From NCBI GenBank assembly GCA_030167865.1, contig JALAGF010005949.1:1-52177 (forward strand): 52,177 bases of DNA. The letters run 5' to 3'. The DNA is from Craspedostauros australis. Lineage: Eukaryota. Below the pieces are notes generated by a model, which was given only the letters and a program-made list of their open reading frames with translations, was not told the DNA's origin and searched no databases. Below, piece after piece: positions 23,666 through 36,179 of the stretch. Numbering within the stretch: position 1 is the stretch's first letter; every line of letters starts with the position of its first letter. The position numbers were made by a program, and so were the translations under genes.

Positions 23666-24892
23666 ATGAACTACTTTGATACCCTCAAGTTCGAGGGCGT
23701 CTTTGAACGTGTGGCCCACGTCTTTGGCAAGCGCGCGTTGGCGTTCATGGCCATCTCCGCGTTGGTGTACGTGTTGGGGTGGATCTTCACCGCCATCACC
23801 TCCATGATGCTGGGATATGGCGTCCGCGTGGGAGGGTTCAGCGTCAACCTCGGCGTCATCCGCAGCCTGGATTCCCCGCACAAGGTCGTCATATACCTCC
23901 TGGAAGGTGTTGTCTACTACTGCTTCGTGTGCCTCGCGCACGGTGCGGCGGTGTGGCTCGTCATCCATCTGTACCTGCAGCAGCATCGCACCATACAGCA
24001 TGCCTTCCAGAAAGGCTTCGAGAAGCTCGCCCATCTCATCACGGCGACGCTCATCGTGACGGTCAGCTTGCTTGCCATCCTGGTGCCTGCGTCCTATGTC
24101 ATGGGCCGAACGAACGATGACGCTCTCATTACGGTTATTATGATGGTCCTCGTGATGATCATGATCTTCGTGGCGATCGTCACCTTCCTCGTCTACGCCG
24201 TCATCATGACGGAAGACGTGGGTGCGGTGCGAGCCATCCGACGCTCCTTCGATCTCAGCTTCCCACGGTTTTGGTTCATGTTCTGCATCGCCCTCACGTG
24301 CTTCGTGATCAAGTTCATTATCGGCCTGCTCCTCATGAGCATGGCCTTCAGCGCGTATCCATTCACAGAAAACAAGTTCCTGTACTACACCTGCATGAGT
24401 CTCGACACAGTGCTGGGGATTCTGTACGCCGCGCTCAGTCCAATGTAAGTGATGCAGCATTGGGATCGTTGCGAGGTTTGGTGATACTATTATTGCCGCT
24501 GATGTTGCGAATGAGAGAGCAGATGCAAGAACATGGTGCATGACGCTGCCTTTTCCCATGTGAACTTGTCGTCCTCGTACACCTCGTCATCCATCGACAC
24601 TCATGCATTGATCGCCTTGTCTTCTCTCTTTTGCTCTCTCCATAACAACACACCACACAGCTTCCAAGGTGTCCTGTACATCACATTCCGCGTGGAAGCG
24701 GAAGAATTGAATTTTGAAAAGTTGGCAAGCGAGATCGGTATCGAAGGCGATGATTACATCACGATGAACAACATGGAGGATGGCGTCGGCAAACCGGCGA
24801 CGACTGAAGCACCGACAGCAGCGGTCGTGGCGACCGAGGATGCCACAAAGGTGTCGCCCATGCTGGAGAAGCAGGATGGAGTTGTGGCGTAA
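23666..24892 (+). CDS. Multi-pass membrane protein (~6 TM; YciC/GDPD membrane-domain-like); exons 23666-24444 and 24661-24892 (~336 aa)
   Basis: Several hydrophobic helices and the motif TEDVGAVRAIRRSFDL. Donor GTAAGT at 24445 and acceptor CAG at 24660 join in frame (SPI-FQGVLYITFRVEAEE). The family assignment is tentative. Confidence 0.75.
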
Positions 24893-25185
24893 GGTGGTGC
24901 GACATAGCCGAGAGAGAACCGGATGTTATCTTTCTTTGAATCTACACGAATGGTAACTGGCGGATGCATGGACGCAACCATGTTCGTGGGTATACATACT
25001 CGCAGGCAGATTGATTTTGACTGTATTTGTCGAGTAGCACAGGCAGTGCTGTGGGAGGAGCACACAGTATGCAACAGTATTGTCTTACTCTACTAGCACT
25101 TAGTTTGTCTCCTTGTTGCGTAACGCCGCATGGTTGCTTGTTCTGCACTGCTCTGCTCGAGAGGGTATATGGTACTCTCCCCTGC

Positions 25186-26736
25186 CTACTTCTTCAACTT
25201 CTCGAGAGCCTTTTGCTGTGCCTCGATGGCCTTGGCGGCTGCAGCGGCTTCCTTGGCAGATTCCGATTGCAGCTTGGCAGCCTTGTCCTGCTTGGCCTTG
25301 AGCTCCTGTTGTTGGAATCGATGATTTTGTTTTGGATTGTTTTGGTTGGGACATGACATAACATGACATGACATGCGAGTAGAGTAGAGCGAAGTGTTGA
25401 GAATGTGAGAACATGCACGCATCAATCCTCCAAAGAGTAGTGGCATCGACAAACGCAACACGACATGGAGTAGCAGGCTCACCATCGCTCAGTCAGCACC
25501 CCACAATCAACAATGCCCAACAGGATACAGTTCAGTTCGGTTCAAGACAACACAATACAATGATGACGCACCTTCAATTTCTGCTCCTCGGCCTTGAGCG
25601 TGGCCTTCTTCTTGGCATCCTCCTTCTTCTTGATCTCCGCCTGCTTCTTGTTGTATTTCTGCAGGTTCTTCTCCGCCTTCTTGAGCTTCTTCTCCAAGTT
25701 CTTCTCAGCCTTCTTGGATTCCTTGACGTTGGACTCGTTGGCCTTGACGTCGGAAGCGAATTTGGATGCCTGCTTGGCGTAGTCGGCGTTGACCTTTTCA
25801 GCCTCCTTCAATGCGTTCTTGGATTTGGCTGTGTGTATGGGTGTATGAGTGTGTCGTCGTCGTCATGTTTGGGAATGCGTTGCGGCAAATGAGAAATGGA
25901 AATGAAAGGACATGGTGAGTACGTGCGTGAAGCGCCGTTGGAGTACAGCTGGATGGAAAGACAACGGAGGGTCGATTGATATGGGATGCAGAACAGATCC
26001 TGCAACGTGCATTGTAGGGTAGAATGTCCCAAAAGCCTATCCTCCATGGTCGCACAAGCACGGTGCATGTAATAATGCAAATACAAAATGAGACACGACA
26101 CAAACACTCACTGGCCTTGGCCGAAAGCTCCTGAATGGCGGACGATGGCATCTGCTGGTTCTTGGCCGTGTTGAGCTTCTCAAGGTCGGCGTTGGCGGCC
26201 TTCTGCGCATTTGCCAGAGTCTTCTCGGACGCCTTCAGGGCCTTGTCGGCCTTGGCGTATCCCGCGCTGGCTTCCTTGAGGTACTTCTCGTACTCCTTCG
26301 TGGTGCGCTGCGCCAGCTCGACGTTGCGCTTGGCACCAATCTGATCGCGCTGCGCCTGCGGCAGCTTCTTCTCGGCCTTGCGCGCCTCGTCGGCGGCCCT
26401 CTTGGCGGCGGCCTTTTGTTCGGCCGCGGTGAGGGGTGCGGCCTGTTCGACGGGCGGTTTGGTGGCGGCGTAGGCTGGTGGCAGGGCCGTGGTGGAAGCG
26501 GCGATGGCGAAGAGGCCGGCGGTGGCCAATGTCAATGCCTGTTGGCTGGCCTGTTGGATGTGCTGCATCCAGTCGTTGTTGTTGTTGTTGTTGTTGTTGA
26601 CGGCATTGAGGGATGTAATGGTGGACTGTGTCTGTGTCTGTTGCTGCAGGCGGAAGGCAGCGTGTGGTGGGACTGGGGCAACGAAGGCCATGGTGCCACC
26701 CACGGTGAAGATGAGATTAGCCAGAACGATCTTCAT
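25186..26736 (-). CDS. Plastid (probably thylakoid-lumen) Lys/Ala-rich coiled-coil protein; exons 26736-26112, 25828-25572, 25305-25186 (~333 aa)
   Basis: Signal peptide ending TMA|FVAP (ASAFAP-like), transit peptide, and a second hydrophobic signal LTLATAGLFAIAASTTALPPAYA|A. Donors GTGAGT and GTGCGT and CAG acceptors keep the frame across three K/A/E-rich exons. Confidence 0.8.
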
Positions 26737-28114
26737 GATTGCTTGCTGTGGTTGTTGTGGTTACTGTGGTTGAGTTGCGTGTGACGATTGTTGATGGGTG
26801 ATTGTCAGAATGGTTGGAGCCGAGCGAGAGGAGGTGAGAGATCGTATGGCAATGGCAATAGAAGTGTGTTGAGTATCAGTGCAGGATGACGTAGTGTGCA
26901 GTGTGCGATGTGTGGCACATACGTGGAAGCAAGGAAGGCCAGACGTGAGAAGCGAAGATCAACAGCAGCGCATGATCCAAAAGGGCAAGATCGGTTGGGT
27001 CTGAATCTTCGGCCATGCGAGGCGATCATGCATGAACACACCGAAAGGCTCGCTTCGAAGCTGTTTGATGTGTGCTGGAGGATATCACACAACGCACGTA
27101 CAACGTGTTGTTTGTTCGGATTGTTTGCAGAATGATGTTGAGATACGGTTGCAGGATTCGACGATGATCGTGAAATTCGGCGAGGTTGTTGTTGCTGCAA
27201 TCAGCTGGCTGATGTGTCCAACGAAGGTATTGTACTTACTCTTGAGATAGTGGTTTCTTGTTGATGGTTGCGATGCAAACGAAGGTGGATGGATGGGCAC
27301 AGATGCAACTGCAGAGCGCATGGATCATCGTATGGTCAAGTACTCGTACTCGTCGCAGACACCATCGCAAACACACACCCTCGCGGGAGAGGCAAGCGCT
27401 GCGCCATGGTGATGAGTTGGTCGGCTGGTTGGTGGTGGGGCACCATCGACGTGGATACCTTACCGCCCATGTGCGTGTTCGTGCCTTGTTTGTTTTGTTG
27501 GCTGCGTTGGCATTTCGCGTTTCGTGTTGACGATTGTGGATTTGGTCCGTTGAATCGATCGTGAGGGTATCTTTTCATGTTCGTCCAATCAGAACAACGT
27601 AACACGGTTCGCATTGTTGACGTCATGAAATCGATGCAACCTTGTTTTAGTATACTATGAATGACAGATATGATCGAATTTAACTATACTAATATTGTAG
27701 TATCGTGTGGTCAGAATGCCTGTTGGCTTCTCCAAGATTCAACATCCAATGTTCAACATGCGACATCAAAGACACGAGAACCCAAACGAGAAGAAAGGCG
27801 ATTCTTCTGCGCAGATGGTGTCATGCAACGACAACGACGCACAAAAACACGGAAAAGTTCACGCAAAGAACAAATCCTTCCTGCTCAACGCAGCATCTTC
27901 ACAACTTTGGATCCTTGGGCAGTTGCATACCACCCTCGTGCTATCCGCATTACCAAACCACACTTCCGCGCTCTATTCTCCACTCTCACGGCCGCGACAG
28001 TAACAGCAGCAGCAACGTGAAGGATCGAAGAGGAAAGCGTGGCCAGATTCATCTCGCCACCTGCATACTCCTTCGAGGAAACAGGCGACCGCGATCATCA
28101 ACACGATTATCACC

Positions 28115-29679
28115 ATGATCATGGCCACAACCAAGCAAATGAAACCGATGCAGCACATATCACGCCTCTCGGTTGCTGCGGCTGCCGTTGCGTGTATTGC
28201 CATCACCGCGAGCATCCCAATGTCCCATGCATTCTCCACGCGCTCCTTGCACCACGGTGCTGCTGGGGGCAATACCGCCAAGCGCAATGGATTCCAGCAC
28301 AAGCACAGCTCTGGGGACAGTCCTCAATCGGTTCCGCAGCAATCGGTGCCGTCGCCTTCGACCAGCACTGTCGGCACCAAGCCCGTCGTTCGATCCGCGC
28401 TATTCTCGGCAGCGTCGCAGCCATTCTCTCATGAATCTTCATCCGCTGCCTACAACAACAACAGCGCCATGCAACCGCCCACCTCCTTCCTCACGATGGA
28501 CAAGCGCCGCGTCATTTGTCCCATCCACGCCACATGCGCGCGCCTCGCCATGAATTTATTCATCGCCGCCATGTGCGTGGCCTTGCCCGTCACCTTGCTG
28601 CCGCAGCAGCTGTTGCGCCCGTTCGTATCCAAGGCGAGGCGGCAACGTTGGGCGTTGGCGACGGCGCAGTTCTGCGCGCGGTGGTTGTTTCGGGTCATTC
28701 CATTCTGTCAGGTCGAGTGCGCAGGTTCCGCCGATCATCAAGACAGCCAAGCGCCATCGATCTGGGTCTGCAATCATACCAGCATGCTCGATGTCTTTCT
28801 CCTTCTGGCCAAGGATCTCCAATTGCGCGGTCCCAACAAGCGCCCGATCAAGATTGTTTACGTACGTGTCTTCTACTTGCGTATTGGTGATCGTGTCTCG
28901 ACTGCTCGTTTTTCATTCAGTTGGTCTGTTGCTTCTGGTTCATCGGTGCTTTGTTGTGATGTATGTATGGATGGTGAAGGTCGACGCGACGATTGATTGG
29001 AAGATGACAGAGTAGTACTCAACGCAGGCATGATGTGGACATGCTCGCAGAAGCGCATCTCTGACCTTGCCTTCTCTCTCTCTCTCTGCCGTCTCTATTT
29101 GCTATCACCTATTACAACACACTACTACCCCGTACGTAGTGGCAACAACTCGAAGACAATCCAATCTCGAAACTCCTCTTCCGTCAATGCGGCTTCATCC
29201 CAGTCCAGATGGCAGCCAACGCTGCAGGCGAAACCAACGCCTACGACCTGCGTTCCTTCAAGCTTCTTTTGAAGCAGTCCAAACAGGCATTCAAAGAAGG
29301 ATTCGACCTCGGCATCCTGCCTGAAGGACAGTTGAATCCTGATCCGCAGCTCGGACTTTTGGACACCATCTATCCCGGCGCCTACACTTTGGCGCGATCG
29401 TCCAAACGTCCCATCCGCTTCCTGGCGCTGCACGGCGTCTCCAACCTGTGGCACGCCGATCCCAATATCGGTCAGAAGGTGCTGGATCATCGCGTGCGCA
29501 TGCGGGTCTACGATGCGCCGCAGCAATCGCAATGTCAGTACCGGTCCGCCGATCAGTTCGTGCAGGCCTTTCGTGCGGTGGTCGGGACCTTCGCGACGAC
29601 GGGAGCGGATCTCAAGGACGATGCCGTTCTGCAGCAGTATTTGGACGGCGCGGTGGGCGCATCCGAAGATCAACAATGA
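28115..29679 (+). CDS. 1-acyl-sn-glycerol-3-phosphate acyltransferase (LPAAT/PlsC family), probably plastid-targeted; exons 28115-28861 and 29140-29679 (~428 aa)
   Basis: Catalytic NHTSMLD (HX4D) and ILPEG motifs. Signal peptide ending SHA|FS. Donor GTACGT at 28862 and acceptor TAG at 29139 give KIVY-WQQLEDNP in frame. The exact start Met is uncertain. Confidence 0.88.
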
Positions 29680-30014
29680 TGGTCGGCGATGGCGAACGAG
29701 TAGACATGGCATAGCAGTAGAATACATAACGTAGAGTTCATATTATTGGAGTGCATGATATTAACCATGACATGGTGCAGCACATGGCGGGGTGGGGCAA
29801 CATTTCCTTCAGGAGATGTACCAGACGCACAAGTGCGTTCGCAGGTGTGGACACTGAGACTCGTACATGCTCTAAACATTTTCGTTTTGCATGGAGTGTG
29901 CAGAGAGCAGAGAGATTGGAATGGAATGACCTGATGACTATTTGTGCTGCTTTACCATCTCATACTAGTGCTCTAAACCGTGTTGCGCCACTAAATCGGC
30001 AACGCCTACTTGAC

Positions 30015-32664
30015 TCACGGCGATTTCGTTTTGTCATCATCGCTGCTGGTGCTGGTGCTGCTGCCATTGCTGCTGTCTTGAGCCTTCTCCAAGGCGTCCG
30101 CACCCTTCACCAGTGCCACCATCAGGTCGTTCAAACGCGGCAGCATGGTGCGTCCATCATCCAGCAATCCGGCCGCCACCAGACAGTTGTCGTACACTTG
30201 CTCCGCCAGCACCTTGGCCAACACCGGCTCCGTCGTGCGCAACCGCTGGATGCCCAGGATCAGCGCGTGTGATGGATTGATCTCCACGTTCTGCTTGGGC
30301 AGCGGGGCGTAGTCGCGGTTGCCTTCCGACGTGTCCACCATGCGCATCATGCGGCGCATGGAACCCGATTCGTTGTCCGTCACGATGGCGGGAGACGAGA
30401 CGAGGCGTTTGGAAGGGCGGCACGAGTTGATCTTGTCGTCGCCCAACGCTGTCTTCATCCAGCTGCAGAATTCCATGGCTTCGTGTGGTTCGAGGCCTTT
30501 CTCGTTGTCATCGGTACTGTCGGCATCTTTCTTGGCATCATCATCATCGTCATCATCATCACCATCCTTCTTCTCCTTCTCATCATCATCGTCGCCACTA
30601 TCGTCCTTGTCATCATCGAAGACACTGAGATCGATGGAGCTCTTTTCGACGCTCACCAAGTTGCGCCCTTCGTAAACTGGCAGATTGGCCATGACGAAAT
30701 CATCGATGGCGGTGTAAATGAAGAGCACTTCGATGTTGCGTTGCTCAAAGGCTTCCAGGTAGGGCGACAACGCTGCGGCTTCTCTGGTGGGTGCGCACAG
30801 GTAGTAGATCTCCTTCTGTTCCGGACGCATGTTGCCAATGTACTGATCGAAGCTGATGAGCTTGTCCTGCGTCAATTTGTTGGTTTCAAAATACAGGAGC
30901 TTGGCGAGGATGTCTTGAAATTCGTACTCTTGACACACACCCTCCTTCAGGAAGAAGGAGAACTCGCGGTAGAACTCCTCCAAGTACTTCGCATTCTCCT
31001 TCCTGCAAATGTCGGGAAATGAGAATGAGACAAAACGAAGAAGTGTTGTGCATTGCGGCGCGCATTGTGTTGTTAGTCATGATGTCGTGCAAAGAGTTAA
31101 ACCTACCATTCATCTCGAAATGGAGCGAAGCAGGCAAATGGATGGCATCGTAACCAAACCACAATCATAATCACAGGCGAAGCCAAAATACTCGAGCGAC
31201 AAGTGCAACTCAATTTGCACCACGCCACGTCACACAACACACTCACTTTGCCATCTTCTCCAAATGCGCCAAGAACTTGCGCGTCAACGTCTTGCGCAGC
31301 TGCTGCATCAAGGCCGCATCCTGCGCCGTCTCGCGCGACACGGCCAAAGGCAGATCCTCCGAATCGACAACGCCCTTGACGAAGCGCATCCAATCCGGCA
31401 CGATGGAAGATTTCTGCTCGATGAGGACCCTGCGCGAGTAGAGGCTGACGCCGGATTCCATGCGTTCCATGCCGAACTTCTCCGTGTGGAAGGACGGGAT
31501 GAAGAAGAGGGCCTTGATGTCCAGTGGCACTTCGGCGCGGAAGTGGTAGATGTCCAGGGGATCGTCGATGGCCTTGGCGATGTACTTGTAAAAGTCGACG
31601 TAGGTGTCATGCTCGACTTCTCTGGGATCCTGCGCCCACACGGCCTGGACCGTGTTGACGCGCTCGCCGTTGACAAAGATGGGGTACTGGATGAAGTTGG
31701 AGTACTCCTGCAGCAGATCCGTGATGGTCTTGTCGTCGACCAGCGACCAGTGATTGCTGGTGAGGTGAATGACGACGGACGTGCCGCGGTCCTGGCGCAC
31801 GTCATCCGCGAGCGGAGCGATGTCGTACGTTCCGAGACCCTGCGAGGTCCAGGAGTATCCCTGAGATTCCTCCTCGCCATCCTTGAGGACCGCCGAGCGG
31901 CTGCGAACCTCCACCTTGTCCGCGACCATGAAGGCGGAGTAGAAACCAACGCCGAACTTCCCGATGATGCCCTTGGCGACGTCCAGGTCGGTCTCGCCAG
32001 ACTCCGCGCGTTCCAGGAGCTGCTGCTGGAAGGCCTTGCTCCCGCTCTTGGCGATGGTACCGAGATGCTCCCGCATGCTGTCGGCGTCCATGCCAATTCC
32101 CGTGTCCGTGATGGTGATGGTGGAGGTGACTTCATCGAGCTCGATGCGAACTTCGAGCGGCAGGTCGGGCTGCATGAGGTTCTGGCCACCCTGGTTCTGC
32201 AGCTGGCGCATCTTCTCGCAGGCGTCGGACGCGTTGCTGACCAGCTCTCGCAGAAACACCTCCTTCTCCTTGTACAGCGAGTTGGTCACGATGTCCAGCA
32301 GCTGGCGGGTTTCGGCCTGGAATTCATGGGTGGTAGATACTGAAGCTGAAGGAGCAGTTGGTGACGATCCATCCGTGGATGATGGCCCATCCGTAGATGA
32401 TGATCCATCCGTAGACGATGATCCATCCGAAGACAACCACCGCGATGCGGAGACGGTCGCGTTGAGGTCGTTGATCACTTGGCTGCGTGCGCTTCCATTG
32501 CCGCGCTGGTCTGCACTCGCTTGCGATCCAGCGCTGGGCATCGACAGCAAGGTCGATGCGGCTCTCCGAGGATGATGGAGTTGGGCATTGATGCTGGATG
32601 GCAGGCGCTTGCCTCCGCTTCTGAACAGCAGCTTTCTGCCCGCATTCGTGCGTGCGTACATCAT
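30015..32664 (-). CDS. TRAP1: Mitochondrial Hsp90 (TRAP1/Hsp75); exons 32664-31247 and 31002-30015 (~801 aa)
   Basis: HEFQAETRQLLDIV, EVFLRELVSNASDA, DTGIGM, LGTIAKSGSK, IIGKFGVGFYSAFMV, RFVKGVVDSEDLPLAVSRE, FLKEG, EINPSH. Arg-rich presequence, no MEEVD or ER-retention tail. GTGAGT/CAG intron keeps the frame. Confidence 0.95.
32361..32434. repeat. ~18-bp tandem repeat (about 4 units) encoding SSTDGS-like repeats in the TRAP1 N-terminal extension
   Basis: gatccatccgtggatgat / ggcccatccgtagatgat / gatccatccgtagacgat / gatccatccgaagac. Confidence 0.85.
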
Positions 32665-33377
32665 GATTCGCGAGTTGATGGAATGGACGGATCAAGGGAT
32701 GAATGAATGTTGCTTGACGTCTCCCTTCGTCCTCTCTTGTTTGTGATCGAATGCTGATGTGTCCTCGCATCACGTCATGTTGTCTCTGGATCCAGAGCGA
32801 TGGCTGTGTTTCGATTTCTTGTGGTTTTCTTGTGGAAGATTGTTTTTGGCGCCAAAAAGGCTTCCACGTGGAGCGTTGAACTGTGGATGACTCGTTTGAC
32901 TTAACGTTGTACACGATCGTGTCAAATGTAGACAAATGATAGCAAGCGTGACAATGGCGACATGTGCCACGGTACTTGATTGAAACATGTATTAATGTAC
33001 GGCTACGAAGGTGCTGTTCGTTTGATGGCCTGCTTTGGACGAGCACGAGCTGATCCTTTTTCGTTTCGTTTCATTGCATTGCGTTTGCATGTCTCTATTC
33101 GTTGCGCTGCGCTGCGTGCGTAGATGAATTGGATCGCTTCCTCCTCCCTCTTGCCTTTCTCTTTTTCTTATAATGGAATGCTTGTTCACTGATTCAATGC
33201 AATTTCGTTGTCTCCTCCTCCTGATCCTCCTCTTCCTACATATTTTGTGATTGATTGTCTTGGCTGTGCTTCGTCTGCCTACGCAAAGTCTGCTCCGTCA
33301 ATGGCCTTGTTCATCTCTTCTCTTCTCTTCTCATCTTGACTTGCCTCAATTCATTTTCTCACAACGATTCGCGACGC

Positions 33378-34670
33378 TCATTGTCGCCTCATCCACCACG
33401 CCAGAAAGTCGTCGAACGCAACATGCTTGCCGTCCTTGCTCGGGATGCTCTTGAACTGTGCCTCGACTGACTTGTCATCCAGCTCCAAACCGAGCGACCA
33501 GATCAGAGCGACGAACTCTCTCAACACGATGAAGCCGTCGCTGTCCTCGTCGTGCTCGCCGAACTTCTCCCACAGGTACGATTCGTCGGTCAGCGAACTG
33601 AGCAGGCCGTTGTAGTGATTGGCGGAATGGCTGCCGTAGGCGATCGCCACGAAGCCGATCAAGGACAGAGCGAGGCCGCTCTTCATGGCGTGCTCGTACT
33701 CGACGGTGAGGTTGAGGCATCCCGTGAACAGGTACAGGATGCCGCGCCCCCACACGAATTTGAACATGCCGACGTGTCTCGTGATGTAATCGCACAGGGT
33801 GGCGCGGTAGCTGTTGGGATCGCGGAAGGCGCCGATAACTCGGGAGTCCAGCAGGATGATGAGCAGGGAGAACATGCAGACGATCAACGCCGACAGGATC
33901 CCGCCGATGGTGTCGTAGGGGATGTACATCACCAGCGGGTACAGCGTGGTGGCGATTGCGCAGAATGCGGCGGCCAGCGCGGTCCATCGAATGAGGGATG
34001 GACCTTCCTCGGCCGAGTATCGCCACATGAGGATGTGGCTGTTGGCGACGCTGGATCCGGCACGGTTGAACCCATCGCGTCGGTACATCATGTCAACGGT
34101 GAAATCGGCCGTGCTGTTGGTCGGCGCGTTCGTCAGCGTCGTGTTATCGCCTACCGTCATGGTGCCATCGCTGGACACAGTGGGTCCCTTCATGATGGAA
34201 GCATCTTCATTTTGGGCATTGTCGAGGGCGTTTTTGACAGCGAGCTTTGAGCCTCCATTTCCGTTGGATGCTGATTGATTCGTGCTTGAGATCTCAAGGC
34301 CGCTGATGGCCTTCAGCTTGGGTGAAAACGAGGGTGCTTCGACGATATCGAAGCCCTCCGTGGCATCGTTGCTCTTGTTGCTGCTGCTGGTGGTATCCGC
34401 TTTGGCGTTGGTGGCTGGAGGCGTCTTGTCACTTGTTGATCCAGAATCATCCTTTCCAACGGAAGTATTGACGTTGTTCATATTGCCCTTCTCGATGTCA
34501 GCTTGGTTTGGCAGCAAGATGAAGGAACCGTTGGATGATGAATCAGAGCCATCTTGGTTGTTCGATTGGGTGTTGGGTGATGGAACGACGACGGGCGCCT
34601 GGTACTCTTCCGCCGTCTCCCGCTGCTTGCTCGACTTCTTCTTGTTCTTGATGTACGAAAGGAATCCCAT
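33378..34670 (-). CDS. Membrane protein with COPI-associated (Tvp15-like) TM domain and C-terminal EF-hand(s) (430 aa)
   Basis: Four TM helices with the motif FKFVWGRGILYLFTG. EF-hand loop DEDSDGFIVLREF plus a degenerate second hand (SKDGKHVAFDDFLAWW). Disordered Ser/Asn-rich N-terminal half. Confidence 0.75.
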   Translation of the reverse strand: MGFLSYIKNKKKSSKQRETAEEYQAPVVVPSPNTQSNNQDGSDSSSNGSFILLPNQADIEKGNMNNVNTSVGKDDSGSTSDKTPPATNAKADTTSSSNKSNDATEGFDIVEAPSFSPKLKAISGLEISSTNQSASNGNGGSKLAVKNALDNAQNEDASIMKGPTVSSDGTMTVGDNTTLTNAPTNSTADFTVDMMYRRDGFNRAGSSVANSHILMWRYSAEEGPSLIRWTALAAAFCAIATTLYPLVMYIPYDTIGGILSALIVCMFSLLIILLDSRVIGAFRDPNSYRATLCDYITRHVGMFKFVWGRGILYLFTGCLNLTVEYEHAMKSGLALSLIGFVAIAYGSHSANHYNGLLSSLTDESYLWEKFGEHDEDSDGFIVLREFVALIWSLGLELDDKSVEAQFKSIPSKDGKHVAFDDFLAWWMRRQ

Positions 34671-36179
34671 CTTGAAGAGATACGGAGATGTGCGGAATTC
34701 TGTCTCAATTCAACTCAACTCAACTCTGCTTTGCTCTGCTGTTGTGTTGAGATGTGCTGTATAAGTGCTCCGCCCTGCAGTGCTGTGCTGTGCCGGTATT
34801 CGGTTCAGATCAATTGCGTCCGGCGTCGTTCAGTTGCAGCCAAGGCAGTTGGGTTCAGTTGGTTGCTGATGAGTGCTGTCCAGTTGCGTTCCAAGCCAAG
34901 CAGATGCGTTTGATTGTGATGTTGAGTGCAATGGGTCTTTCTGCACAATCGATCCAGATCTCCAATGTCCCCTTGTCTGGTCTGCTGCACGAGTATCTCT
35001 TGTTGGCTGCGATTTCACTGAGCGGCAGTTTGGTGTGATCGTTGGCTTGACTGGAAAAAGCGTTGAGTGACAGTGATGATAATTCTGCAGCTCGTTGTCG
35101 CGGACGAGTGTGACATTGGATGGAGAGTATGTGGAGCACTCTGCTCTCTCCTCTGCTCTGTTGCAAAATTGTTTCTCTTGCTCACGGCCAACACAAGCGA
35201 TAGCCGAAGTGTTGGTGTTGGTTGTTGACGAAGAGAGGGATGGAGAGCCAGTGATGGTTGATGGAGTTTGTTGCGGTTCTCGTTGGTGCTCTGTGCTCGT
35301 CGTCAACGCTTCTCCGCTGCAGTCCTTGTCAACGGATCCAACAAACAACCTCACCAAACCGCCAACTCCGCACGCGCAGAGGGAGAACGTTCACGAAGTT
35401 GACAAGTCGCAACGAGCACGCCACCAGAATTCACTGCGTTCTGGCAACCTTTTTGTGAGTAGCGTCGTGTCATGGGTATGCTCACCTGAGGTGGTCGCTT
35501 CGGGAGAAGGCCGTCCCATAATTGGCCATGTCGCTTCGGCTGCTATTTACTGTCGCCAATCCGCTTTGTATCCTGCTTCCAACACCTTTGTGCGTTAAAT
35601 TTAACGTCTGTTGCCTGCCATCACCCCAACCTCGGACCAAAAGAGCGAGTGTATCCTTGTCGCACAAAGTTCTCTCCACCCATCGCAACTCAGCGTTTCG
35701 TTGGCGCCATTTCGGCGAGTTTTGGGCTCATCGCTCCGCTGCCACCATGGTTAAGAGTAGAGCAGAGTGGAGGAGAGCAGAGTGGAGGAGAGCAGAGTGC
35801 TGCACGAGCGAGAGGAAGAGTACAAGTACGAATAATAGTACGAGTTGAATCCAAGTGGAGTGATATTGCGGTCTCCTCTATTTGCTTGCTTCTTGTGGTG
35901 CATCCTTGTTACTCCGCGTACTCGACATCAAATCAACTCTGCGACAGATGGCAGGAGCGGAGTAGAGTGGAACATGGGGATCCTTCGGAGTCGGAATCTT
36001 CACCATGGGCTTCCTCGATTTCATGTGGGTATGGCGTGACCTCTCATCCAATGCGACATGAAAGGACCAGGCTTGGCAACCGTGGGCTTGCTGTCATCTT
36101 GTGCGAATGAACCCATCTTCTTCGGAAGTGGCTCAAAGATTGATGATCGATTCGTCGGGAGTGACACCGCTGACCCAAT

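Noticed and set aside
35755..35800. 15-bp AGAGCAGAGTGGAGG tandem repeat
   Set aside because: An ordinary intergenic minisatellite with no associated structure.
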